DNA from: Lama guanicoe
Taxonomy: Eukaryota
Assembly: GCA_013239625.1 (NCBI GenBank)
Contig: MU054358.1
Span: 1 to 39,730, forward strand
Length of the DNA: 39,730 nt
Reading direction: 5' to 3'
A model generated the notes under the pieces. The model ran no database searches. It was not told the DNA's origin and was given only the letters and a program-made list of their open reading frames with translations. A program made the translations under genes and the position numbers. This document shows positions 12,150 to 25,318 of the stretch, one piece after another; position 1 is the first letter of the stretch; each line of letters starts with the position of its first letter.

Positions 12150-13430
12150 TATCTTCCCTGAATTCAGACCATATGTCCAACTGCCTTATTAATCTCACCA
12201 CTTCAATGTCAAATAGGCATCTCAAACTTAACATGCTTAATAATCCAAATAAGAAATTTTATGTTGGTGACAATGTGGAGAAAAGGAAATCCTTGTATGC
12301 TCTTGGTGAGAATGTAAATTGGTGCAGCCACTGTAGAAAACAGTATAGAGTTTCCTCAAAAAATTTGAAAATAAAACTATCATATGATCCAGCAATTCCA
12401 AAAGAAACAAAAACTCTAATTTGAAAAGATACATGCACCCCAGTTTCATAGTTTACAATAGCCAAGATATGGAAGCTATTCAAATACCTCTCAACCAACA
12501 AATGGATAAAGAAGATGTGGCACACTTTATAATGGAATATTACTCAGCCATAAAAAGGAATGAAATTTTACCATTTGTAGCAATATGGATGTACATAGAG
12601 AATATTATGCTTAGTGAAATAAGTCAGAGAAAGACAAATATGATATGATACCACTTATATATGGAATCTAAGAAATAATATAAATGTATGTATACACAAA
12701 ACAGAAACAGGCTCACAGACATAGGGAAAAAAACAAAAAAACTTGTGGTTACCAAAGGGGCAGGAGAGGGACAAATTAGGTTAATGGAATTAATGGATAC
12801 AAACTACTACACATAAAATAGACAAGCTACATGGATTTGTTGTGTAGCACAGAGAATTACACCCCATATTTTGTAGTAACCTATAATGGACTATAATCAA
12901 CAAAAATCAACTAAATCACTTAGCTGTACATCTGAAACTAATGCGATATTGTAAATCAATCATACTTCAATTTTTTTGAAAAAAAAACACATGGATCAAA
13001 AAAAAAAGAATTTTTGATTTCCCCTCTTTATCCCCATCTTCCCAACTTCAGTCAATGGCAACATCCAGTTGCTGAAGACAAAAGCTTGGGTGTCATCTTT
13101 CATTTCTCTCCTTTCTTCAACACCAACATTCAATTTCTCAGCACCTCCTGTCAGGTTTTTCTCCAAAACATTACTTCAGTCTGCCCACTTCTCTCATCTC
13201 CATTGCTACTAGCCTAATCTGAGCCATCTTCAACTCCCATCTGAGATAAGAACCTTCGGATCAGCCTGCATGCATCCTGTCACCTGTCCATCCTGCGGCA
13301 TTCATTATCATGTCTGAAAAGTCACAACTCACTCCTTAAACCCATCCCAGGGCTTCTTCCCATTATATTTAGAGCCAAACTCCACCATAGTCTTCAAAAT
13401 TACGCTTGATCTGGCATCCCTTTCAGTTTT
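12150..13430 (+). mobile_element. L2 LINE fragment interrupted by the L1 at 12245-12990
   Basis: Left part encodes the L2 ORF2 motif HLKLNM; resumes at ~13005 with 'gaatttttgatttccc...tcagtcaatggcaacatccagttgct'. Confidence 0.75.
12245..12990 (+). mobile_element. L1 3' end, cetartiodactyl-type
   Basis: ORF2 C-terminal remnant MEYYSAIKRNEILPF, 3'UTR and poly(A). Confidence 0.9.
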
Positions 13431-13599
13431 CTACCCTTCATTGTTTGTTATGTGTTTGTTGCTACTGTTCCTGCAGTTGTTAGGGAAGGGGAACTCAAAA
13501 ACAGAGCTGTGTCACTCACACTCCTTAATATGTGTTTCCTTATCATCTTTGTTACACATAGATCCACACTTGTTTGTTAGTTGGTTAGCTTATTTCCTT

Positions 13600-15430
13600 T
13601 TACCCAAATTCCCCTCTTGCATTTCCTCTCCTTAAGGTAAGCAACTATTCTAACGTGTTTTTTTCTGTTATTATAAATTGTATATTGCCTTTTGTATACA
13701 TATATTTTTAATTTATGTAAATGATACTGTGTAAGAAATCACATTCTGCTTCATACATTTTTCACTCAGTGCCATGTTTGGAAGATCCACTTATGCTGCA
13801 TGTTGCCTCTAGTCTTTGCCTTCTAACTGCTGTGTAGTACTCTCCGGTACATCCATCACCTTTTGAAAAAAGCATCCCCTGGGAAGTGGACCCTAGGCTA
13901 GCCTGGCTCTGGCTCCCACTCCCCACCACCACAAACAATAAACATTCCATTACTGGGGACTTATCTGAGAATTGCTTTGCAATAGATATCAGAGTGGAGT
14001 TGCTGGTAATCTTGTATATTTGATTTTAAAATGTACTGCCAAATTGCTCTCCAGAAGGCCCGCAGCCTATGTTCCCCCCAGCAATGCATAACAGGGCCAT
14101 AAATCCCCTGCCTAGTGTCCCTGTCAGCCTAGGTATTATCTTACTTTCTGAATTTCATCCCTCAATTAGAGGAAGGTTTATGATAGCTAATGACTTTGAG
14201 CATCTTTTATGTGTTATAGCCCTTTATGTTTCCTCTTCTGTAAGTTGCCTGTGCATAGCCTTCACCTATCTTTTTTTTCCACTAGGATTATGTGTTTTCC
14301 TTGCTGATTTTGCAAGAGCTCCCTGTAAATTCTGCGTATAGCCCCTTGATCAATGTTAGACAATAAAATTATTCTCTCCCAAACTATCATCCATCTGTTA
14401 ACTTTATCAGGGTTATCTCCTGTTGAATAGCAATTCTTTACTTTGATGAAATTGAATTTACCTTTTTTTTTTAATGGTTGATGCTTCTGAAATTTTTAGG
14501 AACTCCTTTCTTACCACCAAGATGTAGGTAATAAGGACTTTTTGATTTTCCCTTCCAACAATTGCAGCTCTTTTTTCCTCTATCTTATTGCTTGGAAAAG
14601 ACCTCCAGTTTATGTTACACAGTAGCAATGATAGTGAGTATCCTTCTCGTGTTCCCAATTTTAAAGAAACTACATCTTCAGTTTTCCCATAAATATAGTG
14701 TTTGTTGTGGGTTTTCAGTTAAAGTGAGTCCCTTCAGTCCTTGTTTCCTGATAGGCTTACCATAAATAAGTATTGACTTCTTTATGTTTTATCAAGTGAT
14801 TTTTCTTCATCAATTAAGATTAGTAATATTTTAATAAATATTTATAAATATTTTACTATTTTTACAGTATTCTGATGTGATGAATTAGGTTGATCAACTT
14901 TTCTCATGTTAAACCATCCCTTCATTCCAAGATAAAATGGATAACTAATCTTTCAGATAGAGTTTGGCATCTATGATCACAAGTGAAATAGACCGATCAT
15001 TTTCTTTTGAGTATTTTTTGTGTCATCCTTATCTGCTTGTGAAGTCATTGCACTGGCCTCACAGAATAATCTGGGCAACTCATTTCCTGTGTTCTGTAAG
15101 TACTTTTATAAGATAGAAATTGACTACTCCTTGAAGTGTTAGTAATGCTAATATGTAAAACCATCTGTACTTGAAATTTGAGGGGATGGTTTGTCTTTCA
15201 GACACCATTTCAGCTAGTAAGTATTGATATTTAACTATTAAATATTACTGGTATTTAACTGGAATATTTAAGTTCTCCATTTCTTCTCATGCCAGTTTTG
15301 ACAGCGTGGAATTTCTTGGTATTTGTCTATTATGTATAGGTTTTCTAATGCTATTAGGTAATACTCTTTTTTATTATTTTTTAAAATCTTTGTTGAGGCT
15401 GACATTTTTGCTTTTTAGTTTTGATTTTTA
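13600..15430 (-). mobile_element. Old L1ME-like fragment
   Basis: Antisense motifs 'tactgccaaattgctctccagaagg', 'ctaatgactttgagcatcttttatgtg', 'ttaaaccatcccttcattccaagataaa'. Confidence 0.75.
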
Positions 15431-15569
15431 TTTATATTCTCTCTTTTTATCTTGCATTAAGTAAACATTTTACTGAAGTAGAACATATGCACCAAAAATT
15501 ATATATCATAGGTGTGTAGCTCTATGAATTTTTGTGGGGTACATACCTAGGAATAGAAATAGTGGATCA

Positions 15570-16960
15570 AACATATGTACAAAAAACACTTGTAGAAAAA
15601 TTATAGCAACATAATTTGTAACCACCAAAAGTGAAAATAATCTAAATGTTAATCAATGATAGGATAGATAGACACTTTTGTATGTTTATGACATGGAATA
15701 CTATGCAGCAATAAAAAGTAAACTCCTACTACTGAGAGAAACATGGAAAAATAGACAAACATAATGTTTGACCAAATAAACCAAGCACAAAGTGCTACAT
15801 ATTATAGGATTTCAGTTATGTAACATTTAAAACACAAACCAAATTATGGTTATGGGCGTCAGAATAATGGTTAACTTCGGGGGTTCAGTGACTGGGAAGG
15901 GCTTCAAGGAGGACTCTGGGGTGCTGATATTGTTCTATATCTTTTTTTTTTCCTTTTCTTTTCTTTTCCAACTACATCTTCCACTATTTCTAAGCACCAC
16001 AGAGGACTAAGAGAGACTAGCACCATAGTCAAGGAGTATCCAAAGCATGTGTGTCAATTTAAAAACACTGTCAAAAGGGCAATGCCCTCAGCTGCAGGAC
16101 CTGGTTATGAGCAGCACCACCCTACCCTCAGGTCATACCCATGACCGCAGCAGCTGCTTGCAGCCACTCCAGCCTGCAAAATGAGCAGAGAGCAGGCCTA
16201 GCCGCCTTCACCCTATACCCTACAATCCAAGCCTCCTCCCCAGGTACATTTTCTCCTTATGAAACCCCTCCCATGCCTCCTGCTCGAGTGACAGACAAGC
16301 TGCCCCCGCCCAGGAACCCCTTGGCCTCGGCCAGGCGCCCTAGGGGCTGCTCCTCGATCTCACCCTCTTCTCCACTGACCCCGTCGTCGGTGGAGGTGGC
16401 GGCCGCCACAACGAGGGGACCACAGACGCCAGGAGCCCCACTGCCCCATACATCCACCCAGCCTCCAGCAAAAGCAGCGGCGGTGGAGGCGGCCAGAGTG
16501 GTGGTGGCAGATCCTCCGCCCCGCCCGCCAGAACCCCCCACGCGTACATCACGCAACAGAGGCCGTGGTGCCTTTGGTACCCAGGCCGGGTAGGGCCGGA
16601 GTGGGGCCTGCCTCGCCCGCCGCCTCCGGCACCATGGGGCACACTCAGGCCCCACGTTCCAGCCCCGGGCAGACGCCCCTCTACCTCCCAGCTGAGGCGG
16701 CAGCCCCGACCCCGAAATCCAGGCCCTGGATCTGGCCCAGCCTCCTGTGGTAGCCCCTGCCCTGGCGCATCCAAGCCGGGTCGCACAAGACCTGCCGCCT
16801 CCTTCATCCTCTGCCCCGCGAGGAGGGACAGCAACCTCAGTCTGAGAACTACTCTTCTGTATCTTGATCTGGCTAGTAGTTACAGGCATATGTTTACTTT
16901 TAAAACTTCCGCAAACTATGTGTACTTATGATTAATGCACTATTCTACATGTAAAAGTAC
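15570..16960 (+). mobile_element. L1ME-like 3' end split by the insert at 15944-16854
   Basis: 'ctggggtgctgatattgttctatatct' on the left continues as 'tatcttgatctggctagtagttacaggcatatg' on the right, the contiguous L1ME 3' motif. Confidence 0.8.
15944..16854 (-). pseudogene. Retrotransposed GC/CpG-rich cellular sequence; parent unidentified
   Basis: Direct repeats ttctatatctt (15933-15943) and ttctgtatctt (16855-16865); T/CTTTT tract at the left end is the A-rich 3' tail on -; GC-rich body in an AT-rich L1 context. Confidence 0.8.
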
Positions 16961-17578
16961 TAAATGGGATACAGGTGAATATAATGTGGTGAATAAGAAG
17001 CACAATATTTATAAAGAAGTTATAATGTCCATAAGCTTTCTTACACCTAATAAAATAGGAGTTAAATACATACAGCAAACCAAGTAGAACCTATTTAAAA
17101 TGTAATTAGAGTGTGAGACATCAGAATACTTCTTTTAGAGTCAGAGAACCTGGTAGTCAAAAATAAAGACAAGGAGAGATTGAATACTATATCAACAAAT
17201 TCAAATTAATAAATCTTTAGAATAATTTTGGAAACCTCCAATGGAAAGTACACAGTCTTCATATACCAAAAAGTATTTACAGGAATCGATATAATTAAGT
17301 ATAAATTAAGGTTATTAATAACCCAATAAAATTAAGAATAAATAATAAAATGTTGACCAAAAGTAGAAAACATTAAGTACTTGGAAAGTCAGAAATATAT
17401 GTTTAAATAGTCATTAGGTCAAGAAGATATCAAACTAAAATGATAAACTCTATAGAAAGCAATGAAAAAGGAGGCCACATCATACATGAACTTATGGGAC
17501 AAAGATGTACTCTGAGCTAAAAAATAATCGTAATGGTCATAATGCCTTAATTTTTTTAAGTAAGAAATGTAAAAGACA

Positions 17579-17700
17579 GGGGAAGGGTATACCTCAAGTG
17601 GTAGAGTGCATACTGGTTCACTTCCCAGTACCTCCATTAAAAAAAAATAATTAAGTAAATAAACTGAATTACCTCCGCTCCCACCCCTAAAAAAATAGAA
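17579..17700 (+). mobile_element. tRNA-derived camelid SINE, Vic-1-like, internally deleted
   Basis: 'ggggaagggtatacctcaagtggtagagtgcat' (A box), 'ggttcacttcccagtacctcc' (degenerate B box), A-rich tail; imperfect flanking repeat 'agaaa..taaaaga'. Confidence 0.75.
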
Positions 17701-17985
17701 AGATAAAAGATGAAGAAATTTGCTTTCTATCTAGGAAATTATAGAAAGATTAGGAACCTTTTTTTTTTTGCAACATAGGAAGAGAGAATTTATAGAGATA
17801 AAAATTGAAACTAATGAAATGAGAAACAAAATTTAGCAGAATAATTAATGAATCCAAATGCACTTATTTAAGGGAAAAAACAATAAAATAGATAACCTAG
17901 TGTAAACTTGATTAAGAAAATGGAAAAGAAAGTAAAAATATGAATAATTAGGAGTGAGAAAAGAGAAATTACAATGTAAGAGGTT

Positions 17986-19572
17986 TTTTTTAAACATTTT
18001 TTGAGTTATAGTCATTTTACAATGTTGTGTCAAATTCCAGTGTAAAGCACAATTTTTCAGTTATACATGAACATGTATATATTCATTGTCACATTTTTTT
18101 TCACTGTGAGCTACCACAAGATCTTGTATATATTTCTCTGTGCTGTACAGTATAATCTTGTTTATCTATTCTGCATATGCCTGTCAGTATCTACAAATTT
18201 TGAACTCCCAGTCTGTCCCATCCCACCCCTCACCTCCTTGGCAACCACAAGTTTGTATTCTATGTCTCTGAATCTGTTTCTGTTTTGTATTTATGTTCTT
18301 TATTTTATTTTTTTGTTTTTAGATTCCACATATGAGCAATCTCATACAGTATTTTTCTTTCTCTTTCTGGCATACTTCACTTAGAATGACATTCTCCAGG
18401 GACATCCATGTTGCTGCAAATGGCATTATGTTGTCGGTTTTTATGACTGAATAGTATTCCATTGTATAAATATACCACTACTTCTTTATTCAGTCATCTG
18501 TCAATGGCCATTGAGACTGTTCCCATGTCTTGGCTATTGTAATTAGTGCTGCTATGAACATTGGGGTGAAAGTGTCTTTTTGAAGTCTGGTTCCTTCTGG
18601 ATATATGCCCAGGAGCGGGATTACTGGGTCATATGGTAAGTCTATTCCTAGTCTTTTGAGGAATCTCCATACTGTTATCCACAGTGGCTGCTCCAAACTG
18701 CATTCCCACTAACAGTGTAGGAGGGTTCTCTTTTCTCCACAGCCTCTCCAGCATTTGTCATTTGTGGACTGTTGAATGATGGCCATTCTGACTGGTGTGA
18801 GGTGACACCTCATTGTAGTTTTGATATGCATTTCTCTGATAATTAGTGATATTCAGCATTTTATCATGTGCCTATTGGTCATTTGTATTTCTTCCTTGGA
18901 GAATTGCATGTTTAGGTCTTCTGCCCATTTTTGGATTGGGTTGTTTGTTTTTTTCTTAAATTGTATAAGCTGCTTATATTTTCTGGAGATTCAAGCCTTT
19001 GTCAGTTTCATCATTTGCAAAAATTTTCTCCCATTCTGTAGGTTCTTGATTTGTTTTACTTATGATTTTCTTTGCTGTGCAGAAGCTTGTAAGTTTCATT
19101 AGGTCCCATTTGTTTATTCTTGCTTTTCTTTCTATTGCTTGGGTAGACTGTTCTAGGAGAACATTTTTGAGAGGTGTGAGATTATGTTTTGCCTATATTT
19201 TTTTCTAGGAGGTTTATTATATCTTGTCTTATGTTTAAGTCTTTGATCCATTTTGAGTTTATTTTTGTGTATGGTGTAAGGGAGTGTTCTAGTTTCACTG
19301 ATTTACATGCTGCTGTCCAATTTTCCCAACAGCATTTGCTGAAGAGACTATCTTGATTCCATTGTATATGCTTGCCTCCTTTGTCAAAGATGAGTTGACC
19401 AAAACTTTGTGGGTTCATTTCTGGGCTCTCTATTCTGTTCCATTGATCCATATGTCTGTTTTTGTATCAATACCATGCTGTTTTGTTTACAGTAGCTCTG
19501 TAGTATTGTCTGAAGTCTGGGAGAGTTATTCCTCCAGCCTCTTTCTTTTTCTTCAGTAATGCTTTGGCAATT
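17986..19572 (-). mobile_element. Young lineage-specific L1, 5'-truncated (~1.6 kb)
   Basis: ORF2 C-terminal peptides [13 protein letters not shown]...LIFDKG and [15 protein letters not shown]; 3'UTR; poly(T) at left. Confidence 0.95.
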
Positions 19573-20314
19573 TTTTAAAATTATAAAACAAAATTATATG
19601 AAGCTCCATGAAGCAAATTTGCAAATCTAGAAGAAATGGGTAATTTCTCAGTAAAATATAAATGATCAAAATTAACCCAGTAATAAAATATGAATTTTTT
19701 TGAATAAACCAATTACCACAGAAGACATTGGAAAGATAAAAAAGACCTTTCACTAAAAATGTTACCTACTGGTTTTATAGGTGAAACCTATCTAACCTTT
19801 AAAGAACAGATAGTTCCTATGTCATTTAAATGATTCTAAGCCACAGAAAAAAATACAGAAGCTCCTGTTTCATTTGACAAAGCCTGCACAACTTAACTGC
19901 ACAAAGTTTTACAGCAAAACTTTGTAAAGAAGAAATAGATAACTGTAATCTCCTTTCCAAAAAACAAATAGAATCTAGCATTCTAACTAAAGAATAAAAC
20001 AACATGAATAATTAGGATTTATTCAAAGAGTGCAAAGGCTGCTATACATTAGGAAATCTATCAAAGCAATCTGTTAGAGCAACAAGGGAAAAATCTGATC
20101 ATACCAAAGATGCTTAAAAATACACAATAAATTCAATAATCATTCCTATAATGATCCAGGTAGGGGCTGTAACTTCCACAATGCCTGAATGAGGAGTTCA
20201 GAAAATACTATTCCTAGAGAACAATGATAAAACTTTACAAAAGTATCAAAAAATTATTATTTCAAACTCTAGAAGTTAACTAAAGCACACAACAAACTAA
20301 AAATATTATTTACT

Positions 20315-21495
20315 ACTGGTTACATTCCATGTTGTGAAATCTCTTTTGTTTGATATAAATGTAGTCGCTCCAGAATTCTTTACATCAGTGTTTTTTATCT
20401 TTTTTATTTCTATCCTATTTGTATCTTTATGTACAAGGTGGATTGCTGGTAGAAACCTCTTATGTCATTTGCATGTAATGCTATGAGTAATATAGGATTT
20501 AATATACTCTTTTTGCTATTTGTTTTCTTTCTGTCCCATCTATTCTTTGCTCCTTTTTTCTCCCTTTTCCACATAAAAAAATTAGTATTCCATTTTATCC
20601 ACTATTAGCTTATTAGATACACTTTTTCTTTTGTAGCAGTTGTTCTACAGTTTATAAGATTCATATTTTTTAATTGTCTACCTTTAAATAATTTTATAAC
20701 ACTTCCTATATATTTTGAGAACCTTAGAAAAGGGTAATTCTCCCCTCAAAAAATATATCATTGTGTTATATTTTATTTCTACATATGTTATAAACCTCAC
20801 AACATATGCTTATTTTCTCTAAACAAATATCATTTAAAGAGATTTTAAAAGTGAGGAAAATGTATCTTATACTTAATTACATATTACCATTTTCAGTGCT
20901 CTATATTCTTTTGTGTAGATCCATATTTCTTCTAGTATCACATTCTGTCTGAAGAATTTCTTTGTACATTTAAACATTATTTGTAGCATAGGCCTGCTGG
21001 CAACAAATTTTCTCAGTTTTCATTCACCTTTAAAAAGTATGTACTTAACTTTCATTTTTGAAGGAGGTGTTTGTAGTTTACTGAATTTGAGGCTGGTGCT
21101 TTTTCTTTCAGTGCTTTAAAGATACTATCTCATTGTCCTCTGGCTCTGACCAGAAGTCTGCTGTCTGCCTTTTTACTTTTCTCTCTATTATTGTGTCCTC
21201 CCTCACCCCCACCTTCATTTACAACTTTCTTCTTACAGCTAGTGCTTTTCAACAATTTGACCATGATGTGTCTTGGTGTGATTTCCTTTGTTCTTTGTTT
21301 GTGGTTCATTGTGTTTCTTACTTTTGTAAGTTTAGAGTATTAATCAAATTTAGACTTTTTTTAGCCATTATTTCTTTTTGATGTTCCATTCAGTCCTCAG
21401 GTTTTTCCCCATCTGCATTTTATTTGATGTTATGTCTTTTCCCTGTGGTGTCTAAGCTACTGTTAATCCCATTCAGTGTAATTTATACTTCAGGT
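20315..21495 (-). mobile_element. Old L1M (L1MC/ME-like) fragment
   Basis: 'ggcctgctggcaacaaattttctcagtttt', 'ttgtcctctggctctgaccagaagtctgctgtc'. Confidence 0.7.
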
Positions 21496-22749
21496 ATTGC
21501 TTTGAGAAAAATTAAGTAGGGAAGGGAGATAGAATCCAAGTGTATGTTTTAACTATGGTCATCAGGAAAAATCTTATTGATATGGTGAAATTCATGCAAA
21601 GTCCTAGAGGAGGTGAGGTCAAGAGATTCAAGTCTTCAGCATCCTCCAAAGCTTTTTCTTATAACTTTAGCACCTTTTTCTATTTAAACTGTTCTTTTCC
21701 TCTAATTCAGTAAGGATAGTTTTCCTTTGTCTTCTGTATGCTCCTTTTTGTCTTAGAGTCTGTTTAATTATGTTCATTTACATTTGCTTCTCTCTTGCCT
21801 TCTTTCCCTTGCTTCTCTCTTGCCTTTTTCCCTCTCTTTTAATTTCTTATTTCTAGAGACCACATTTTCTTTAATTTAGTTGATAATTAATGAAAAACAT
21901 ATTCTGTGGCATGTCTTCATCTGGTGAATATTCTTCACCTGATTTTTGCTTGTCATGTAGTTTTTTTTTCTTTGTGGCTGTTTTCTGACTATTACTGAAC
22001 TTTGAATGGGATCAATTCCTTCTGGATCAATTACTTATGAAAGGTTGTACAGGGAGGGTTTGTGACTGATTAGAGACAGAAGGCAGCTTGGGCTTAGGAC
22101 TTTCTCACTTTCATACCATATACATGTCCACATTGCATATTCTCAAAGTCTAATATTCTGGAACCAGTTTTGGGGTAAGCAGAATGTTTGCTTGTCTCAT
22201 GTATGCAATGGTTTTTTTTGGTATGGTGATTTAGCATTTATTGTTCCTGATTATTTTCTTTATCTAGTGTCAGTAGCAGCTGAGCTCATTGTCACTTATG
22301 CTCATTCACACATTTACCTCATTAAATCGATAGTCTCTTGTAGAAATGGTAGGTCCACACAGACTTTTATTTAGTCTTGTATCTTCTGCCTTTCTATGGT
22401 GCTAAACTAGGTTTAGGATACTCCCAAAAGCCCACCTCCTTTTTCCTATTTCTGAATCTTGTGGGATGTCCTACAGATGGATTAGCTATGGAAGCCCTTG
22501 AATTAGAGAGGAACCTGGGATGAAAAGCTTTAAGCCCTGCTGGTGTAACATCAGATACTGGCTTTCAAAAATGTAAGTAAACTTCACAAAGTTGTGATAG
22601 ATGGTTCTGGATTGGAAAAAGCTACAAGTAAGCAGATTTCTAGAGAATACATTTGGTTACATTAGCAATAATAATTAGATGGATCTTACTGGGAGAGATG
22701 GAAGGAAGAGAAGTGACAATTGTGGAAATAAAACCTCTTATAGGGACAA

Positions 22750-22936
22750 CAGTTCTCTGAAATATGGCCACTCAGCCAGAAGCATCAGCATCACCTGGAA
22801 ACTTGTTAGAAATGCAAATTGTCAGGACTTTCTTCAGACCTGGTGAATCAGAAATTTTGCAGGTAGGACTCAAATATCTTTTTTTAACAAACCATCCAGG
22901 TGATTCTGATGTATGTTAAACTTTGAAAACCAATGT
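22750..22936 (+). mobile_element. MER5A (hAT-Charlie MITE)
   Basis: 'agcatcagcatcacctggaaacttgttagaaatgcaaatt...ccaggtgattctgatgtatgttaaactttgaaaaccaatg'. Confidence 0.9.
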
Positions 22937-22970
22937 ATGAGGGGAAGAAAAAGAACTCAATGTGTAGATA

Positions 22971-23160
22971 TGTAGTTTTCAAACTTCTTTATCTAGCATC
23001 CAATTCATCTGGAGAGATTATTAAAGATTACTAGATCCTACTTTAATAAGAGTTCCTGATTCAGTAGGACTAGTTGGGGTGGAAGATACTTTGCATGCTA
23101 ACAAGTTCCTGGGTGATACTGATGCTAGTGGACCAGGAAACATGCTTTGAGAATAAATAG
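22971..23160 (-). mobile_element. MER5A, opposite orientation
   Basis: 'ctgattcagtagg...ctaacaagttcctgggtgatactgatgctagtggaccaggaaacatgctttgagaa'. Confidence 0.8.
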
Positions 23161-24554
23161 TCTACATACAAGATTTGAGTAAAGGCAAGACTTCGGGTAA
23201 GAAAAGGATTTTCTGGACTGAAGATTTGGAGGAAGGGGGATTGGGAAGAGAGGTGATGACTATATTCACATATCAGTGATTTACACAGAGAAAGACTCTG
23301 CCTGCTTTGGGCTCCGGGGAGGCAGCAAGGCCTAGGAAGTCAGGGATTTCATTTCACTCACCAAGTGTCTTGCTGTCCATGCTTGAGAGTGGTAGGAAAG
23401 TAGTAGAAAGAGCCAGGAGTCCAGAAAGTACCGGGGAGACAATCTTCCAAGTGGCCTGTGTGAACCAAGGCCCAGGCACCAACCATGGTGGTCAAAGGTC
23501 AGTAGATACCTGCAGGGAGAGTTGAGTTCATCAAGCAGATTCCCATTCTTGGATCCTGAAAGGTTAGCTCCTCAGAAGCCTCCAGAACTGAACCAGAATT
23601 GAAGAAAAGTGCTGACATGTCCAAATGGACTTAGATTGTTCTCATCACCATGTAGGAATAGGGCCAGGGCCATCCCTGAAAGGGTGAGGGATCCAGGGGT
23701 TTACAACAAAGATACGACACTTGAAAGGGTCCATGCTGTTAGTGTCTTTCATAGGCTCTTTGAGAGACTGTTAAAGACAGAAAATTTGAAATTTAATTTC
23801 AGTGATGCTTCATCAACATGGGAAAGGTGCAGTGCCTATGATAAGCCCTCAAGCTTGGACCTGAAATGACTGCCTCAGTTGCCTGACCCAAGGGACTGGC
23901 CTGGTGGAGGCAGAAATTAATTTGGGTTCTAAGACATAAAATGACTAATTATGAAGAAACAATTGGCAAAACTCAAACTAAGGGACATTCTACCAAACAG
24001 CTGGCTTGTACATTCAAATATGTACTGCATATTAGATTATGGAATTGTGGCAACAGTTTCCTAAATTTGAACAAAAGTGAACCTGACTTTGTGGATGTAG
24101 CAGGTCCAAATCACAATCCACAGACCAGAATAATGAAGTTCATAATGCATCACAAAGAAATTACACACCAAGAATAGAAGTTGTTTCTTTTTCATTTTTC
24201 AAAATTATTTTAGAACTTTCAAGAGTCCATGGTTGATTCCTTCTCTAGGTGTTTGGTAGACTGTTCTCAGAGTGGGATGTGCTAGACCTGTCCAGGACAG
24301 GTGTGGAATAACACACAGTCTTGATTTCAGTCTTTCCCAGGGTGATAAGAAGCACAGAGTTTACTGCTGACATCTGAGACAGGAAGAGCAGCTTCATGCA
24401 ATCCCTTTCAAAGTAACTGCTCTTTGTTTTCTCTCCTTGTGTGATCTTTTTTGCTTCTGAGTTTCTATAGTGCTTGCAGCCTGAACCAAGCACCCTAACA
24501 TTTGATTTTATCAAGCCCTGTGTTTTCCCCAGTTGTTTCATGTATGTACCATTC

Positions 24555-24696
24555 ATCTCCCAATGCAGATGTAACCTTTACAGAGGCAGGGCTTTGTCTT
24601 CCATTACTTTTGTATCCAGAATCCCTGTACCAGACTCCTGTAAGCACAAAAGGAACATTGGTCAATTTATTCACAGAATGAATGAATGAATGAATG
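24555..24696 (+). mobile_element. L2 3' end
   Basis: 'gaggcagggctttgtc' and a (TGAA)n tail. Confidence 0.75.
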
Positions 24697-25318
24697 GCAT
24701 TGTCCATTTCTCCTATTACTCCAGTTAAAAAAAAGAGCTCCCCCCAGAAACATGTCTGTTAGATTTGAGAGACTTTGAGTAAAAAATGTAAGAATTTTCC
24801 ACCTGTATATAAGATGCTATTTGCATCATTAATGGTTGCCTGTCTATTCCTTTCAACTCCTAGTTAGAGAATTACCACATGCCTCATTCTTTAGGACCAA
24901 TGATATTTCATCTATAGGTTTACTCATTGCTTATCTGAAGTGGGTTATTGGACTAAACCAGGCAAGACTGTGAAATTAGCAATATCTACCTCTGTGGCCC
25001 TCCTTCCTCTGGCTGTTCATGCACTCCTAAAGTATTACCCACCCCCATCTTCTTTTTAACTAGTAGCCAACCAATTAATTAGCTGGGAAGATCTAAAATA
25101 TTACCCCTCTATAGGACTATTTGTCTTTTAGAAAAAAAATTCAATAAGAGCTAGCTTTTATAATCTAAAAATTTATCTCAAATTGTACACTTCCATATAA
25201 TAAAAGCCAATGGGAGAGAGATTTAGGGATCAGGTTCCTTAAATCTCCCCTTCTAGGAAGAACCCCATTTTACCTATGCATGAAGTAGTGCTAGTAAGAT
25301 TTATTAAAAAGGGGCCCA

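Larger units (their letters stand above)
16960..20150 (+). mobile_element. Old L1M ORF2 remnant hosting a SINE and a young L1
   Basis: A-rich sense L1 motifs 'aaaatagataacctagtgtaaacttgattaagaaaa' and 'ctggttttataggtgaaacctatctaacctttaaagaacagata'. Confidence 0.7.

Noticed and set aside
16141..16889. Overlapping 150-210 aa ORFs on both strands
   Set aside because: Expected in GC-rich DNA; low complexity, no recognisable domain; the longest starts in the flanking L1ME
17579..17640. tRNA gene
   Set aside because: tRNA-like head is followed by a SINE body and A tail; no complete cloverleaf
22477..22572. Exon-like segment cctacag|...|gtaagt
   Set aside because: Poor polypyrimidine tract, stops in all three frames, no homology recognised
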